64,000 nt of DNA. It comes from Rebecca billardiae RCC1528 (Eukaryota; Protista; Haptophyta). Shown here in pieces: positions 1 through 13,824 of this stretch; within the stretch, counting starts at the first letter, position 1, and each line of letters opens with the position of its first letter. A program made the position numbers and the translations under genes. Location: contig OZ251223.1 of the NCBI GenBank assembly GCA_965240325.2, positions 4,030,001 through 4,094,000 on the forward strand. Direction: 5' to 3'. The notes under the pieces are model-generated. The model saw nothing but the letters and a program-made list of their open reading frames with translations. It searched no databases and was not told the DNA's origin.

Positions 1-164
1 CATGAAACAAGCAAGACACATTGTCAATCAGTAATCACATACACAATCAGACTGTCTTCAGTCTGACAGACAACTTGCTTGCAGTAAGTGAGTAGCCCGC
101 CGCCATATTGATTGACGATCAGCCTCGATCATCAGACTCACAGTACAGTATGCACGCGCGCGCT

Positions 165-1988
165 TCACTGCTGGTCGGACGAAGACGCCGAATTCGGCGC
201 GCGACGGCGAGACGCGCGCAGCGTGGGCGCGACACAGAAAGGCGTGGGCTGCGCGAGCGACAGTGGCATGCGAGGTGAGGCGCCGTGACGCATAGACGCG
301 GCGGAGGCTGGAGAGGCCCGAGATGGCGTGGCGACGGCCACCATCCTCGAGCCGTGAGGGCTCGCACCCTCCTCGGACGTGCCCAGCGCCGCGGCCTCAA
401 TGCCCGCGCGCGCGCCCTCAAAGCTGCACGGGCTGCGCGGCGCGCTGCCGATGATGGGGCTGCCGTTGCCGTCCACGGGCTTGAGCACGTGCGCCAGCCG
501 GTGCGCGGCGAGCTCGAGCACCTGCGCGCACGTCGCGAGGGCGGCGCGCGCCGGGTTCGGGAGAATGCGCATCGCGTCAGCTCCCAGCCGGCGGTGCTGC
601 CGCCACCGCGAGCGCGCGGGGCGGCCGGTCGCCGCGCGGGCGGCGCGGCCGAACTCGCGAGCGCCGTCACCTGCCTCTCGCCGTGCGCGCCGTCCAGCTG
701 GCTGCGCATGCGCTCGTTGTCGAGCACGAGCTCCTCGCCTTGCTGCCTGAGCGCGCCGAGCTGCGCGCGCAGCTCGCGCTCGACGCCCTCGCTCTCCGCC
801 AGCTCTGTGCGCAGCACCTCACACGCCACGCCCGCCTCGACGGCCGAGCCCGAGCCAGCGGCGCCGCACGCGGTGGGCGGGCACGACCACGACCTCGCTC
901 CGGAGGAGAGGCACGCCGCGGCCGAGCTGGGCGCGGGGGTGGCCTCGGCGGCCACGGCCGACAGCCGTGCCGACGACGCGCGCGGGGGCGACGACTCGCC
1001 CCCCGCCCCGCCAAACAGCCCGTGGTGCGACGCAGCGAGCGCCTCGAGCAGGTCGCTGCCACTTGAGCTGCGACTGGGCCGCGCAGAGTCGGCGTCGTTC
1101 TCCTTGAAGGGCGAGTAGCCGTCGACCCCGTCCTGCGCGGCGGCGGCGGCGGGGGGGGGCGGTCGCGCGCGCCGGGCGCGTGAGCGTGCGCGCGCGCGGC
1201 CCGCGCGGCCGCGCACGCCGCCCTCCTCCGCCGCCGCGCCGCGCGCGCACCTGCAGCGCCTGCGCGTGCACGCGCACAAGCTCAAGTTGCTCGAGCGCCG
1301 ACTCGCGCTCGTGCGCGCACTGCCGCGCGTACTCCTCCCACTGGCCGCAGGAGACGATCGCGTCGTGCGCGCGGTCGTCGAGCTCGAGCTCGAGCCTGAC
1401 GGTGCGCGCTTCGCGCAGGCACAGCTCCCGCTCCGCGCGGTCCAGGTGTGCGCGCCGGCGCGCGAGCGAGTGCCACAGCACGACGGCCGCCGCGAGCGCT
1501 CCCACGCACAGGCCGAGTGCAAAGGACCGCCACGCGGCGAGGGACGGACGAAGCGCCGCGCCACGCGAGCGCGCGAGAGGTGGACGGATAGCGCGGGGGC
1601 GCTCCGGCTCGAGGAGCGACGCCTCCGCGAGCGCCCCGTCCTCAGTTGGCACGCGGTTGCTCGGGTGGGGCCGTTCGTGCCAGTGGCAGACGTTGTGTGA
1701 CGCGCGCCCTGCCGCGGCAAGCCGCGGGGCGGGGACGGGCGCACTTGCGAGGGTGGGTGCGAGAGTGGATGTGGGCGCATCGCTCGCCGCGTTCGCCACT
1801 CCCACGCCGGCTGCCGCCGCCATCTGCTCGACGCGGCCGGTGCGCAGCATTGTGGGCAGAGCGATGACTGCCGTCAGGAAGAGCACGCCGTAGCCGAGGT
1901 GCAGGGCGAGCGGCGGGTGGCGCGCGGCGTGGAGGTACGGCGCCTTTGGGTGTGTGCGGAGGCGCGTCGAGTAGCCATGGCGCTTCAT
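165..1988 (-). CDS. Hypothetical membrane/coiled-coil protein, 3 exons (1988-1251, 1132-671, 521-165)
   Basis: Three ORF segments join in frame across GT-AG introns 1250-1133 and 670-522. There are two hydrophobic stretches (GYGVLFLTAVIALP, FALGLCVGALAAAVVLW) and heptad-like E/L/R-rich segments. No family recognised. Confidence 0.55.
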
Positions 1989-2237
1989 CGCGGGCCCTCG
2001 AAAGGCTCTCCGCTGCTACGTCAGCGCGTGTCAGGGGCGAGGGTACGATGCGGGTCACCGGTCAAAGTCGTCAGCCATCTCCGTCAGCCGTCACCGTCAG
2101 GTCGGTGAGCGCGTGAGGCATTTTCAAAAGCCGCTGTCCGCGGAACGCGCCAAGACAAAGTTCCAACAAAGCGCTCATGATGACGAAGAAGACCGTTGGC
2201 GACCGCTCTCCTATTCAGAAAAAAATGGCGGCCGAAG

Positions 2238-2268
2238 TCCCGCCAAGATCTTGAGCCTTGGCGCGAAA
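2238..2268. promoter_or_regulatory. Possible E2F-type sites in the divergent promoter upstream of SCC3
   Basis: TTGGCGCGAAA (reverse complement TTTCGCGCCAA) at 2258-2268 and TCCCGCCAA at 2238-2246 resemble the TTTSSCGC consensus. These are short motifs in GC-rich DNA. Confidence 0.25.
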
Positions 2269-2381
2269 GGGCTCGCTCGGCGGCGGGCCACTGACCACTG
2301 CGCGGCGAGGCTGGGGCAAGACCAGTGGCGCCACCGAGCACGCCGAGAGCCGACGCGCACAGCAGCAGACCGGAGCGCAGC

Positions 2382-4957
2382 ATGCGCGAGATGCGCGAGC
2401 GTAGTAAGAGCGTGGAGTATCGCGAGAACGTACCGCGCGTGACCTCGCCGGCTGAGGCACGCGCCGTGCGCAAGCCGCGAGCGCGCGCGTCCGCCGAGCG
2501 GCCCGCAAAGGCGTCGAGGCGGTCGGCGCAGGCGGCTCGCGCGTCGACGGGCGGCGATGAGGCGGAGACGCGTGGCGCCGACGAGGTCGGGCAGCCTGAG
2601 CAGCATGACGAGGCCGAGGACGTCGACGACGCGCAGGAGCCCGTCACGGACAACCCGATCTTTGGTGCGCGCGCCGCGCGGCCGCGTGCATGCATGCGCC
2701 CTCGCGCACGCGCGCTGACGCGCGGCGAGCGCCTCGCGCTGCCGCCGCGCGCGCAGTGGCCCTCTCGTCGTCTGGGTCCGCCGTCAGCGCCCTCGCCGAC
2801 GAGTGGCTCGACCGCGTCCGCACCGAGCCGCGAGGCGCGCTGCTCGAGCTGTTCAACTTTGCAATGTCGCTCTCCGGCATCTTCCTGCAGGTGGTCGCCG
2901 GGGTCGACCCGTACGAGATGGAGATGGGGAAGGTGCTGGAGCAGATGGTGGAGGAGGCGAAGGGCGGCGAGAACCTCGTCATCGCGGGCAACGGCCTGCG
3001 CTACCCGCTCGCGTTCTCGGGCGGGCGCGGCTCGCGCTTCCGCCGACTCCGGCCGAACGTGGCCGACTTCTTGAAGGCGCTGCTGCTGTCCGCCACCGAG
3101 CACGGCATGCTGGAGAACAGCGAGGCGGAGGAGGAGGAGGGCGAGGGGCCCGATGCGGGCCGCGCCTCGCCCGTCAACTGGCTCGCCGCGCTCGTCCTCC
3201 GCATGGCGTCCACGCAGATGCACGCGCGCGCGGTGCGGCACTCGGGCACTTTCCTACTGCTGCGGCTGCTGGACGGCGCACTGCACGCGCGCGCCGAGAC
3301 GCTCAAGCAGCTGGAGACCGACCGCAAGCAGCTCGAGGGCTTCGGCGCGAAGGCGGGGAAGGGCAAGGGCGGCGCCAAGCGCGGCGCCGGCGCCGGCGCC
3401 ACCTCCGCGCCGCCCAACGTCGCCGCGCTGAAGGCGGACATGGCCGCGCGCGAGCGCAGCGCGGACGCGCTCGGCACGCTCGCGGCGCGCCTCTTCGACC
3501 AGGGCTTCGTCGAGCGGTACCGCGACGTGGCGGAGGCGGTGCGCGTGGACTGCGTGGCGGCGCTGAGCGGCTGGGCCCTCCGCGCGCCCGACCTCTTCTT
3601 CAACAACCCGCACATCAAGTACCTCGGCTGGATGCTCTCGGACGAGGAGGCGGGCGTGCGCGCCGCCGCCGCGGACGCGGTGTGCGAGCTTGTGTGTGCC
3701 GAGCACGCCGACAAGCTGAAGGCGTTCCTCGGCCGCTTCGCGCCGCGCGTGGTCCAGATGACGGACGACGTGGACGCGGGCGCGCGCGCGTCCGCGCTCA
3801 AGCTCGTCGCCGCGATCGCGCGCCTCGGCCTCCTGCCCGGCGCGAGCCGCGAGCGGCTCGACTTCCCCGCGCTCGTGAACGACGCGGACGGCGCCGTGCG
3901 CGCGCTCGCGATGGCGCTCATGATCGAGCTGCCGGCGGGCGGCGCGAAGGACGCGGCGGGCGCGGAGGGCGCGGGCGCGTCGAAGGGCTCGGCCAAGAAG
4001 AAGGGCTCGCCCGCGCTCAAGACCCGCCTGCGCGACCTCGCCTCGTCGCTCCACCGCCTCACGCGCGCGTCGGCCGACGGCGGCGGCGCCGAGCCGTTGC
4101 CGCCGACGGTCGGCATCGACAACACCGCTGACAGCTGGGCCAGCGGCGCGCGGGCGGAGCGCGTGAAGGAGCTCTTCCTCGACGCCGCGAAGGGCCAGAA
4201 GGACCTCAACTCGCTCGACGCCATCGCCGACGTCATCCTCGCCGCGCGCGCCGACGACGACGACGACGAGCGCGCGGAGGGCGCCGACGACTTTGCAGTC
4301 GACGGCGGCGGCGCCGACGGGCCGCGCGCGGACTCGGACGAGGCGGCCGGCATCGACTGCGTGCTGCTGTGCATGCTCGACGCCGCGCTGGACTCGGCGG
4401 TGAAGGCGGCGAAGGGCGGCGCGCGCGCGCGCTCCGCCGACAAGCAGGACGAGCGGCGCCAGGCGCTCGACCAGCTGCACACCTCGCTCGCGCGCCGTCT
4501 GCCCGCGCTGCTCGACGGCAGCCGCGCGCACGCGGGCGCGAGCGCGGCCGCGTGCTCGCTCGTGTGCAAGCTGCCCGTGGGCGTGTTCGCGGAGCGGGGC
4601 CTGCGGTGAGCGCGCGCCTGTGCGCACCGCCGCCGCGCGCGCGGCACCGCGCACCGCGCCGCGCCGACGCCCAGTGTCGCGAGTGCGCCGCTGACTCCGC
4701 GCGCGTGCGGCCGGCGCAAACCTCGGGCACCGGCGCCGCGCCCTCGCCCGCCGCCGCGCAGCAAACCGTTCGCCGCGACGGTCGAGGCGCTCGAGCGCAC
4801 GTACAACGCGCTCACGCCCGACTACGCGCTCGTCGCCTGCGCGCGCGCGTGGGCCACGCTGTGCGCCGACGGGCACACGTTCAGCTCGGAGGCGCGCGTG
4901 TCCCTCGCCAGGCTGGCGGAGCGCGTGGGCTCGGCGGTGGAGGCGATCGCCGCTGCG

Positions 4958-4990
<33 letters not shown>

Positions 4991-7353
4991 AAGGGCGGTG
5001 CGAAGGGGCGGAAGGCGCGCAAGTCGGCGGCGGGCGCGTCGGACGGCGGCGGCGCCATCGCCGACTACGAGAGCGCCGTCGTCTCGCTGCGCCGGCTGCG
5101 CGTGCTGTGCACGCACTGCCCGCTCGGCCCCGGCGCCTCGGCGTGGGCGCCGTGCGCGGCGCTGCTGCGCGCTGAGCTGGACGCGTCCGCCGAGCGCATG
5201 CGCGTGGGCAAGTACGACGTGTACGCGGTGGACGTGCTGGTGGCGCAGTGCGCCATCGAGCTGGCGCACACGCTGCGCAGCCTGCTGCTCGACGAGCTCT
5301 TCAACGCCTCGAGCCGGCCCGCCGCCACGCCGCGCTCGGCCAAGCCGGCCTCGCGCGGCCGCGCGCCCAAGCGGCGGTCGCCCGGCTCGGCCGCGGAGGA
5401 GGAGGAGGAGGGCGGCGAGGAGGAGGAGGCGGCGGGCGGCGGCGCGGCGAGCGGCGCGGTGGAGGGCGAGCTCCGCGAGCACCTCGACGAGCTGCTCGAG
5501 CTCCTCAGCGCGCTCGTCTCCGAGTCCGGCCCGTGCGCGTCGAGCACGGCGCTCGTGGACGCGCTCGAGCTGAGCGCAGACGTGTTGGTGGGCTTCTGCA
5601 CGGCGCACGCGCGCGTGCAGCCGCTGCAGCCGCCGGCCGCGCTGGTGGGCGCGCTGAGCAGCTCGGCGTGGTACGCGTTCGACGAGTCCGAGATCCAGGC
5701 CGCGGCCGCCGCCGAGCACGCCGCCGAGCACCGCGCCGCCGCGCCCCCCGACGGCGCGCTCGGCGCGCAGCTCCGCGAGCGCGTCGTGCTGCTGCTCGCC
5801 AAGCTGGCGCACCGGCGCGCGGCGCCGCCCGAGCAGCTGCTGCCGACCGTGCTGCACGCGCTGCGCGTGCCGACGGAGGACCCGTCGGCGCTGCTCGCGC
5901 GCAGGTTCTGGCACCTCGCGCAGAGCACGCTCGCCGTCGACGAGGTGCGCGCCGTCGAGCTCCGCGCGCTCGAGCTCGAGCTCGACGCCGCCCCTGGCGA
6001 CGAGGGCGCCAAGGACGCGCGCTCGCTGTTCAACTGCCTGCGCGAGCAGCAGCGCACAGCCGCCGCGCACACGGAGAACGACGACCCGGACGAGCCGGCG
6101 GCGGCGACGCCGGCGCGCTCGCGCACCTCCGCCTCGCGCAGCGCGTGGGCCGCCGACGTCGTCGTGCGCGCCGCGCGCCTCGCCATCGAGCGCTCCGTCG
6201 AGTCGGTCGAGGCGGCCGAGCGCGCGGACGGCGACGCGCACGGCGACGCGCCGCTCGCGCGCGCGCTGCGTCTGCTCGAGGACGTCGCGATGCACGTGCT
6301 CGGCAAGCTGCCCGCCGACGTGCGCGGCCGCGTGGCGGACGAGGTCGAGCGCGCGCGCGACGCGGCCGACCCCGAGCTCCCCGCTCAGCTCTTCGTGCAG
6401 CTCGACCTGCTGATCGCCACAGGCCGCGCGAAGGAGCGCGCCGCCACGCCCGGCCGCCGCTCCTCCGCGGGCTCGGCGCGGCGCGCGCGCCCGCCACAGA
6501 GCCTCGCGGAGGAGGTCGACGCCGACGCGGGGCCCGTGGCGATGGGGATGGGAGACGAGGACCCGCTCGTGCGGCCGACGAGCGAGCCGCTGCCCGACAA
6601 CGTGCTCGACGAGGAGCCGGACGAGCGCGTGGGCGGCACGGAGGAGGTGGGCTCGGGCCGCAAGAGCAAGCGCTCGCGCCCTGCGCGCGCGCAAGAGCCG
6701 AGCGCGCGAGAGATGCGCGCCGGCGCGCGCGGCACGTCGCGCTCGAAGCGGCAGAAGGAGTCGGAGCCCGAGGAGGAGGACGATGCACCGGACGACGATC
6801 CGCCGCCCGCGAAGGTACCGCCGCCCGTCGGCCGCCCCCCTGCTCGCGCGCGACGGCCAGCGCCGCAGCCCTGCGCCTCACACGCTGGACCGCCCCCGCC
6901 CCGCCCCGCCTGCCCCGCCGTGCGCGCGCGCGCGCAGGCGGGTGGTGGCCGCGCGCTGCGCACACGTGCGGCCGCCCCCACACAGGCGCGAGGCGCGAGC
7001 CAGGCGCAGGACGAAGGTGCGCGCGTCGCCTGGCCCCGCCCGTGCGCCCGATGTGCGCACCCCGCGCGGTGCGCGCGCCATGCGCTCGTGTGCCAGTGCT
7101 CACGCGCGCGCACGCACGCGCGCACTCACACGCGCGCACACGCGCCGATCGGCGTGCGCCCTCGCGCCCTCGCCGAGCAGACATGGACGCGGAGGACGAG
7201 GCCGAGAAAGACGAGGAGAACGAGGACGGCGAGGAGGATGAGCAGGAGCCAGAGGCGGCTGGCGCGGCCGGCGAGGCTGAGGACGAGGAGAGCGACCTGG
7301 ACTCGGAGGACCGCATGCTGCTCCAGCCGCGCCAGCCCATGCGCCGTTATTGA
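2382..7353 (+). CDS. SCC3: Cohesin subunit SCC3/STAG (stromalin) family protein; introns ~2665-2756, 4606-4761, 6815-6937, 7017-7180
   Basis: STAG motif RAVRHSGT and stromalin conserved domain FVERYRDVAEAVRVDCV...W...PDLFFNNPHIKYLGWMLSD...VR. HEAT-like helical body and acidic C-terminal tail. Start codon uncertain. Confidence 0.85.
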
Positions 7354-8144
7354 TTGACGAGTGCGCGTGCACCACCAGTCGTGCCCCCAGCAATGCCGCA
7401 CAGACCCAGAGCGATCGCCCGCATACCTGCGACCGCGAGTGACCATGCACCACTGTAACCGACTCACGAGCGCGCCTTCATGGGACTCCTCTCCAGCATC
7501 GTCGTCAAGGCCCGAGCAGGCAGCGGCGAGCGCCGAGCGGGCGGCGGTGAGTACGTTGACCGTCGCAACTTGAACTACACCGTACATCACGCAGCCCATG
7601 ACACCGCTCGCTCGGAGCAGCTGCTGAGAGCTCTGCGCCTGCATGCACATGTGGACTTGGGCCAAGCCACCTCGTCAATAAACTGATGCTGTCTGCGCTC
7701 AGATGACTATACAGACTCGGACAATATATATAGGCGTTTCTTACTAAGTTAAAGCGCGAGTCGCGCCGGCAGTACTACGGTATAGTAGCAGTAGTGAGTA
7801 CGTACCGTGATATCGGCGAAATGGCGATCGAACTACGCGACGAATAATCTATCATATATATATATATATATAATTAACTCTGATTTACTGATTAGTGAGT
7901 TCCGAACTACGACGCTGCGTAGTGCGTACGCTTTTAAATTTATTTAATGGCCGCGCTGCTGCTGCTGATGCTATACTACCGTAGTCGTACTGATGTTACT
8001 GATCGCGGAACTTAACGGCGTATTTAACGGATGATGAGACCGTGAGTCTGCCATGAGACGTTGCAGTACTCCGCAGCGCAGCTTAATATATAGTACTGTA
8101 CTCGTCTGCTAGAGTGGCGTCAAGTCGTGATGAGCGCGCTATAA

Positions 8145-8284
<140 letters not shown>

Positions 8285-8635
8285 TGCTGCTAGCTTTATT
8301 GATGAAGCCGTGGCCCCGTGGGCGTGGGTGTGTGTGCCCGTGTGTCGGGCCGTGTGCGGTGTGGCGCCATCGTCGCGTCCGTTACGGCGTGTCCGCACAC
8401 GTACTCCGGTAGTCGCGCGTTGCCGATTGACATACTATGCAAGTGGGCACCGCTGGCCGCTGCCACAGCCTGCATTGGCTGTCGCGGCTGTGCGCAATCG
8501 ATCGCCGTCAACACCGGACCCCGACCGGGCCGACGTCCGACGAATCGTCACGGTCACGGCACTCTGCCACTGCTCACCGCTGACACCAGCCGTGCACGGC
8601 CTGCCGACCCAGGCAGCACGCATTTGCATCTGCCA

Positions 8636-9574
8636 TCAAGACGCCACCTGTTCGGCTGGAGCGGCGTCCACGTAGACCTGCACGCGGCCGTCGTCACCGC
8701 CGGAGGCCAGCCGCCCGGTCGACCCTTCGTACGCAAGCGCCCAGACGTGATCGGTGTGCACGCCGTCGTGCGAGCGCAGCGCGGTGCGCGTGCGCGCGTC
8801 CCAGATCTTCACCTGCCGATCAGCAGAGCTCGTCGCGTAGTGCAGGCCGTTCGGCGCGCACGCGATCGCGAGCACCCAGCCCGCATGGGCGGCGACGCTG
8901 TCGATCCTCTCCCCCGTGAGCACGTCCCACACCGAGTAGGACGCGTCGTCTGCTCCGGCGTACAGCTGCGCCGAGTCTGCGCTGAAGGCCACAGTGCGCA
9001 CGGGCAGAGTGGACGCGCTCACCTCGTGCACGAGCGTGCCAGACGCGATGTCGAAGACGCTGACGACGCCTTCGGTCGATCCGCACGCGAGGCGTTTGCC
9101 GTCGGGGCTGCAGGCGACCGCCAGCACCCACTTGCTGTGCTTCGCCTTGTAGCTCTCTGTGCGCTCGCCCGTCTGCACAGAGAACGCATGCACGGCGCCG
9201 TGCTGCGTGCCACTCAGCACGACCGATGCCTCCGGGTGCATGGCCACTGTCCAGCACTCGCCGGGGCCGGCGTCGATCGTGCGCGCGTGCTCTGTCTGCG
9301 CACCTTCGTCTGCGCGCCAGATGCAGATCTGGCCGTCGAGCCCGCTCGACGAGCACACGCTGGCGTCTGCCGACGCGCTCAGCGACAGCACACCGAGGTT
9401 GTGGCCCGGTGACAGAGAGGCGCCCCCGGTGATCCCGCCTTCCCCAACCTTCCACGATTTGACGAGCTCGTCGACCGAGCCGGTGAGCAGGCCACCACCG
9501 CCTCCCACCCAGGCGACAGTCCACACGCCGTCGTCGCTCGCCGACGCCAGCGACGGGCCGAGTTCCGTCGCCAT
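8636..9574 (-). CDS. WDR61: WD40 repeat protein, WDR61/SKI8-like (~312 aa, intronless)
   Basis: N-terminal DDGVWTVAW...[13 protein letters not shown], then [32 protein letters not shown] and [10 protein letters not shown]. This is a seven-WD-repeat pattern typical of Ski8/WDR61. Confidence 0.85.
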   Translation of the reverse strand: MATELGPSLASASDDGVWTVAWVGGGGGLLTGSVDELVKSWKVGEGGITGGASLSPGHNLGVLSLSASADASVCSSSGLDGQICIWRADEGAQTEHARTIDAGPGECWTVAMHPEASVVLSGTQHGAVHAFSVQTGERTESYKAKHSKWVLAVACSPDGKRLACGSTEGVVSVFDIASGTLVHEVSASTLPVRTVAFSADSAQLYAGADDASYSVWDVLTGERIDSVAAHAGWVLAIACAPNGLHYATSSADRQVKIWDARTRTALRSHDGVHTDHVWALAYEGSTGRLASGGDDGRVQVYVDAAPAEQVAS

Positions 9575-9857
9575 CCTCGCTCGGCGCGGCGCACCCGGGT
9601 GGGTGCTTTGGAGTCCGGACCAGAGTTTGAGAGCCGTGAGCTGTTCGCACTTCGGCCGGCTCCGGAGTCCGGACCGAGCAGCACGTGGCTCTGCACGCGC
9701 GGCTCTAGCTCGCCAGGTGCGCGTCCAGGCGTGGCGACCCATTGGGCGCGCGCACGGCATCGCCTGGCGCTCGGGCAGTCCCGCCGACTGGACAGCAGCC
9801 TCCAGCGCGTTCCGACACCGTGGTTCGCGCGTCCCTCGCGCCCGCGACTCGAGCAGG

Positions 9858-10376
9858 ATGGTGAAGATCAGCGTGCTCGCTGACACGCTGAAAACCATGA
9901 CCAACGCCGAGAAGCGCGGCCGCCGGCAGGTCATGCTGCGCCCCTCGTCTAAGGTGGTGGTCAAGTTTCTTCAGCAGATGATGAAGCACGGTTCGCGCCT
10001 GCGCGCGCAGCGCTGCTCGGCCGCGTGTGGGCCCGTTGCAGCGGCGCAGCGCACACCGTGCAGCCATGGTCGCTCATGTGCGGGTGTGCCGCCCACACCC
10101 GCGTGCGCGCGCGCAGGCTACATTGGCGAGTTTGAGATCATCGACGACCACCGGTCTGGCAAGATCGTCGTCGAGCTCAACGGCCGCATCAACAAGTGCG
10201 GCGTCATCTCGCCGCGCTACGACGTGTCCGTCGGCGACCTCGAGCAGTGGGTCGTCAACCTGCTGCCATCGCGCCAGTTTGGCAAGATCATCCTGACCAC
10301 ATCCATGGGCATCATGGACCACGACGAGGCGCGACGCAGGGGTACGGGCGGTAAGATCCTCGGCTTCTTCTACTGA
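9858..10376 (+). CDS. RPS15A: 40S ribosomal protein S15a (uS8); intron 9991-10116
   Basis: [45 protein letters not shown]|[36 protein letters not shown]...GGKILGFFY. Confidence 0.98.
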   Translation: MVKISVLADTLKTMTNAEKRGRRQVMLRPSSKVVVKFLQQMMKHGSRLRAQRCSAACGPVAAAQRTPCSHGRSCAGVPPTPACARAGYIGEFEIIDDHRSGKIVVELNGRINKCGVISPRYDVSVGDLEQWVVNLLPSRQFGKIILTTSMGIMDHDEARRRGTGGKILGFFY

Positions 10377-11587
10377 GGCGCCGCTGGCCTTTCCCATCCC
10401 GCCGCGTCCGCTCGGGCGCACTGCACGCGGCTGTCGTGCAATGGCGCAGGGGTGGGGACGCGGGGCTGCGGCGTGGATGCTGCGCGGCGGGTTTGCGCCA
10501 TGCCATCAAGGCTACGGCGTTTGGGGCAGCGTGTGGACGTGAGCAGAGCGTGTTCGTGGATGCTGCTCGCAGTGAGCAGCTTCCAGCGCAGATGAGCCCG
10601 ACTCAAGCTGCTGAGCTCGGCTGGTGGCCGCATGTCATTGTGATTAATCGCAAGCGGCGCAGCGCCGCAAGCCTCCGCACTCCGCCGAGCCGAGTGGGCC
10701 GACCGGTCGTCGGAATTCTGGGCTGCTACGTGCTAGCGCCGGGCGTTTGTCTGAGTAGCTGATGATGAGCTCGGCAGCTGCCATCATAGCGGCGAAAGCA
10801 GTGCTGGCTGGTGCGCTGATTAATATTATTTATAATATATATATACTAATTTAATATATCGAAATTATTTATGGCGGCGCTGCTGATTAATAATGGCGAT
10901 TGACTGTTAATTATTAACGAAGTTCGTAATGTCTTAATTAGTAGACCTTGGTATTAGACGACAGTCAGAGTGTCGGCGTCGCAGTCTCAGCCCTGAACTC
11001 GTCACTCTACGAATCTTGTTACTTGTATAGTAGTTACTAGTTATAGTAACTAGTAGAAGTATCCCGTACAGACGGTAGAGTGTTCTACGAGTACGTACTA
11101 GCAGCTCTCTGAATGGTTAACAAATACAAGTAAGTGATCAAGTACTCTCAAGTCTCAATACGACTAGAAGACTGATGCTAAGTCGGGCCGCACCGGGCGG
11201 CCGCACCGACCTTGGCATTCAGTCCTTGCCCAAGGTAAATAAAGGTTGGCGCGGCGGCGGGCGCAACTTGGCCGAACTTGGCGCGCGGACCTGACGCAGC
11301 TTAATGATTACTGCTGATAGTGCTTATTAGTGGCGCCGTGTAACAGATGACTGAATACGACGCTGCTCTTAAAGCGGTTATATAAATAATATAAGTATAT
11401 ATATAAGTATCGTCCGAGTTACGACGACATCACTCTTAAAGTCACGGTCCGGACTCTGTCAGTCGAGTGATATCCGATCGACTACTTCACTTACTTGAAC
11501 TAGTAGTCTTCGGCGGAGTCAGAGTGATCAGTATAATCAGTAATGCGACTGAGTGCAGAGTGGCAACGACCGCCGTCACGCCGCGAG

Positions 11588-13824
11588 TCACGCCTGCTGC
11601 GCAGCTGGGAACACCTCGGTTGTCTCGACCTCGCGCTCGGCGGGACGCTCGACCTTGTACTTGAAGGCGATGGTGTGCTTCGCGGACGGCTGCAGCTCGA
11701 GCATCCACACCAGGTTGTTGGTGACCCGATTCTGCACGATCGCGACGACGGCGGCTCCGGTGCCGCCGCCGCTGGGCGTGTCGCGCTGCTGCGACCCCGA
11801 TGCACCATCGCCAGCCTGAGTGTCCACGGCTGCGCCTGCCACGTCCGAGTGGCGGATCTCGCCGGCGGGCGGCTCGAGGGGGACCACCTTGATCTTGTCG
11901 TCGGACGCTCGCGGCAGGCACATGGCCACGTGCACGCGCGCCGGCCGGCCGGCGCGCGTGTTGGTGAGCACGACTGCGCGCTCGGTGACGGAGGTGCGCG
12001 TCGCGGAGCGGAAGAGGCCGCCCTCGCCGTGCGTCGCGTCGCGCGTGATCGCCGGGCGGCACTCCACTTTGAGGGACGGGTCGGGGCCGAGGAAGAGCAC
12101 GAACGTCTCGCCAGGCATGGTATGGGGCATCGAGGACTTGCAGATGAACGAGCCGTCGACGAACACTGAGCAATTGGCCGACTGCGGCCAGCGCGCCGCG
12201 TCGCGGCGCCGCGTGGGGTCGGGGTGGGCGCGCGCTGAGCGCGCGCCGCCGGGTGCGAGCGCGGGCGTGCGGCGGAGCGCATTCGCCACGCACCTTGAGC
12301 AGCGGGTACTGCGACGTGTTCGCCACGCGCGCCTGCAGGTAGGCGCGCGCCTCAAGCGCGGGCGCCGCGAAGTGGTGCACCGTCGGCTGCAGCTCGGCGA
12401 TGCCAACCGTCACCTTGTGCGCCGCGCCGTCTGAGAGCACGCTCGTCTGGTGCGCTATCTCAAAGCGCGCGGCGCCGGCGTGGCCGCTGCCGTCGGCCAC
12501 CGCGCTCCTCGCCTCGGCGATGGGCGCGGGCGGAGGCGCGGGGAGCGCGCCTTCGGCCTCGTCCTCCTCGTCGCCCATCAGGCACGCGTTTGAGAAGCCC
12601 GCCACGCCGCCGGGCGGGCCCTCCATGCACGCCTGCGCAGGCATCTCACTCTGACAGCGGTCAGTGGGCGCGGACCGCATCGAGAGCAGGGCGCGCCCTC
12701 CGCGCTGCGCGCGCGGGAGCGGCATTGGCTTGCTCTTCCAGCCGAGCACCATCGTCGGCAGCGTGGGCGGCTGGCCGCCCGTGGCGGGCTGTGCCGTGGA
12801 GAGCGCGAGGCGCGTGTCCTTCCAGTCCTCGCCCGTGCAGTTGGTCACCATGCTGATGGTGTGATGGGTGGGGGTGCGCGCGTGCCGCGTGCGCGTGCCG
12901 CGTGCGTGTGACAGCGGCGTGGGTGCGGGCGCACGCGCGCGGATGAGCGAGCGCGGGGCGAAGGTGAGCGCGCAGGCTGCGGCGGCGGGCGCGCGCGCAC
13001 CCATAGTAGCTGAGCTGCAGCCCGAGCGCGCGCCCGCCCCCCTCCAGGTCCGCGCGCGCGTCGTACGAGGGCTCCCAGCTCGCGCCCTGCACCATGTAGG
13101 TCACGCGCAGGCAGACGGGAGCGGGCGGCGCTGGCTTGGCCGGGCCGCCGGGCGGCGGGGTGTCGAGGGCAAGGCGCACGCGCACGGTCTGCGAGCGCCG
13201 CTTCGGCGGCGCGCGCAGCCGGCCCAGCTGCTGCTCCAGCGCGCGAATCTCGCCATCCAGATCGGCCTTCTGCTCAGACAGCTGCGCGCTCGTCTCGTCA
13301 ATCGACGCGGCGCGCGCCGCGTAGAACTCGAGCACCTTCTGCATCGAGGAAGGATCGATCGGCGCCGTGGCGGCGGCAGAGGTGGTGCTGGGGCCTGCCG
13401 GTGGCTGCGAGGCCGAGGTCTCGGCGTACTTGACGAGAAGCTCGCGCTCGACGCGCGAGCGCGCGAGCGCGGCCTCCACCGCTGCGCGCGCCTTGCGCTT
13501 GGCCTTGAGCTCGGAGTCGAGCTTCGTGCGCTCTCGCGCCGTGCCGGCCGTGTCGACATCATCCGCATCGAACGAGACGTCCGTACCCACCTCGAGGATC
13601 GTGGCCGGACCAGTCCCCTTCACGCGCACCGAGTCGGCGTCCATCCTCGACGAGACGCTCGTGATGAGCACTCTGCACAGGTCGGCCGCACCCGTGGTCG
13701 CCGGGTCGAGATCGACGCGTCGGGTCACTTCGGCGCGATCGGCGTAAACGACCACCTGCTCGATGTCGCATTCGGCCACGGCGAACTTGCACTCGCATGC
13801 GTCCGCGCCCTGCTCGTCGGACAT
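11588..13824 (-). CDS. DUF4140/DUF4139 domain protein (mucoidy inhibitor A-like); introns 13000-12853, 12293-12182
   Basis: IEQVVVYADRAEVTR, DADSVRVKG, coiled coil, YMVQGASWEPSYD, NCTGEDW...LSTAQP, SDGAAHKVTV, AYLQARVANTSQYPLL, FLGPDPSLKVE. Confidence 0.85.

Noticed and set aside
2222-2232. AAAATGGCGGC YY1-like motif / short uORF
   Set aside because: It is a short motif, and there is no evidence for that factor in this lineage.
3001-6694. Very long antisense and alternate-frame ORFs (e.g. 3254..6694, 39509..41503, 61971..63959)
   Set aside because: These are Arg/Ala-rich shadow frames expected from very high GC3 codon usage over real genes, and they carry no domains.
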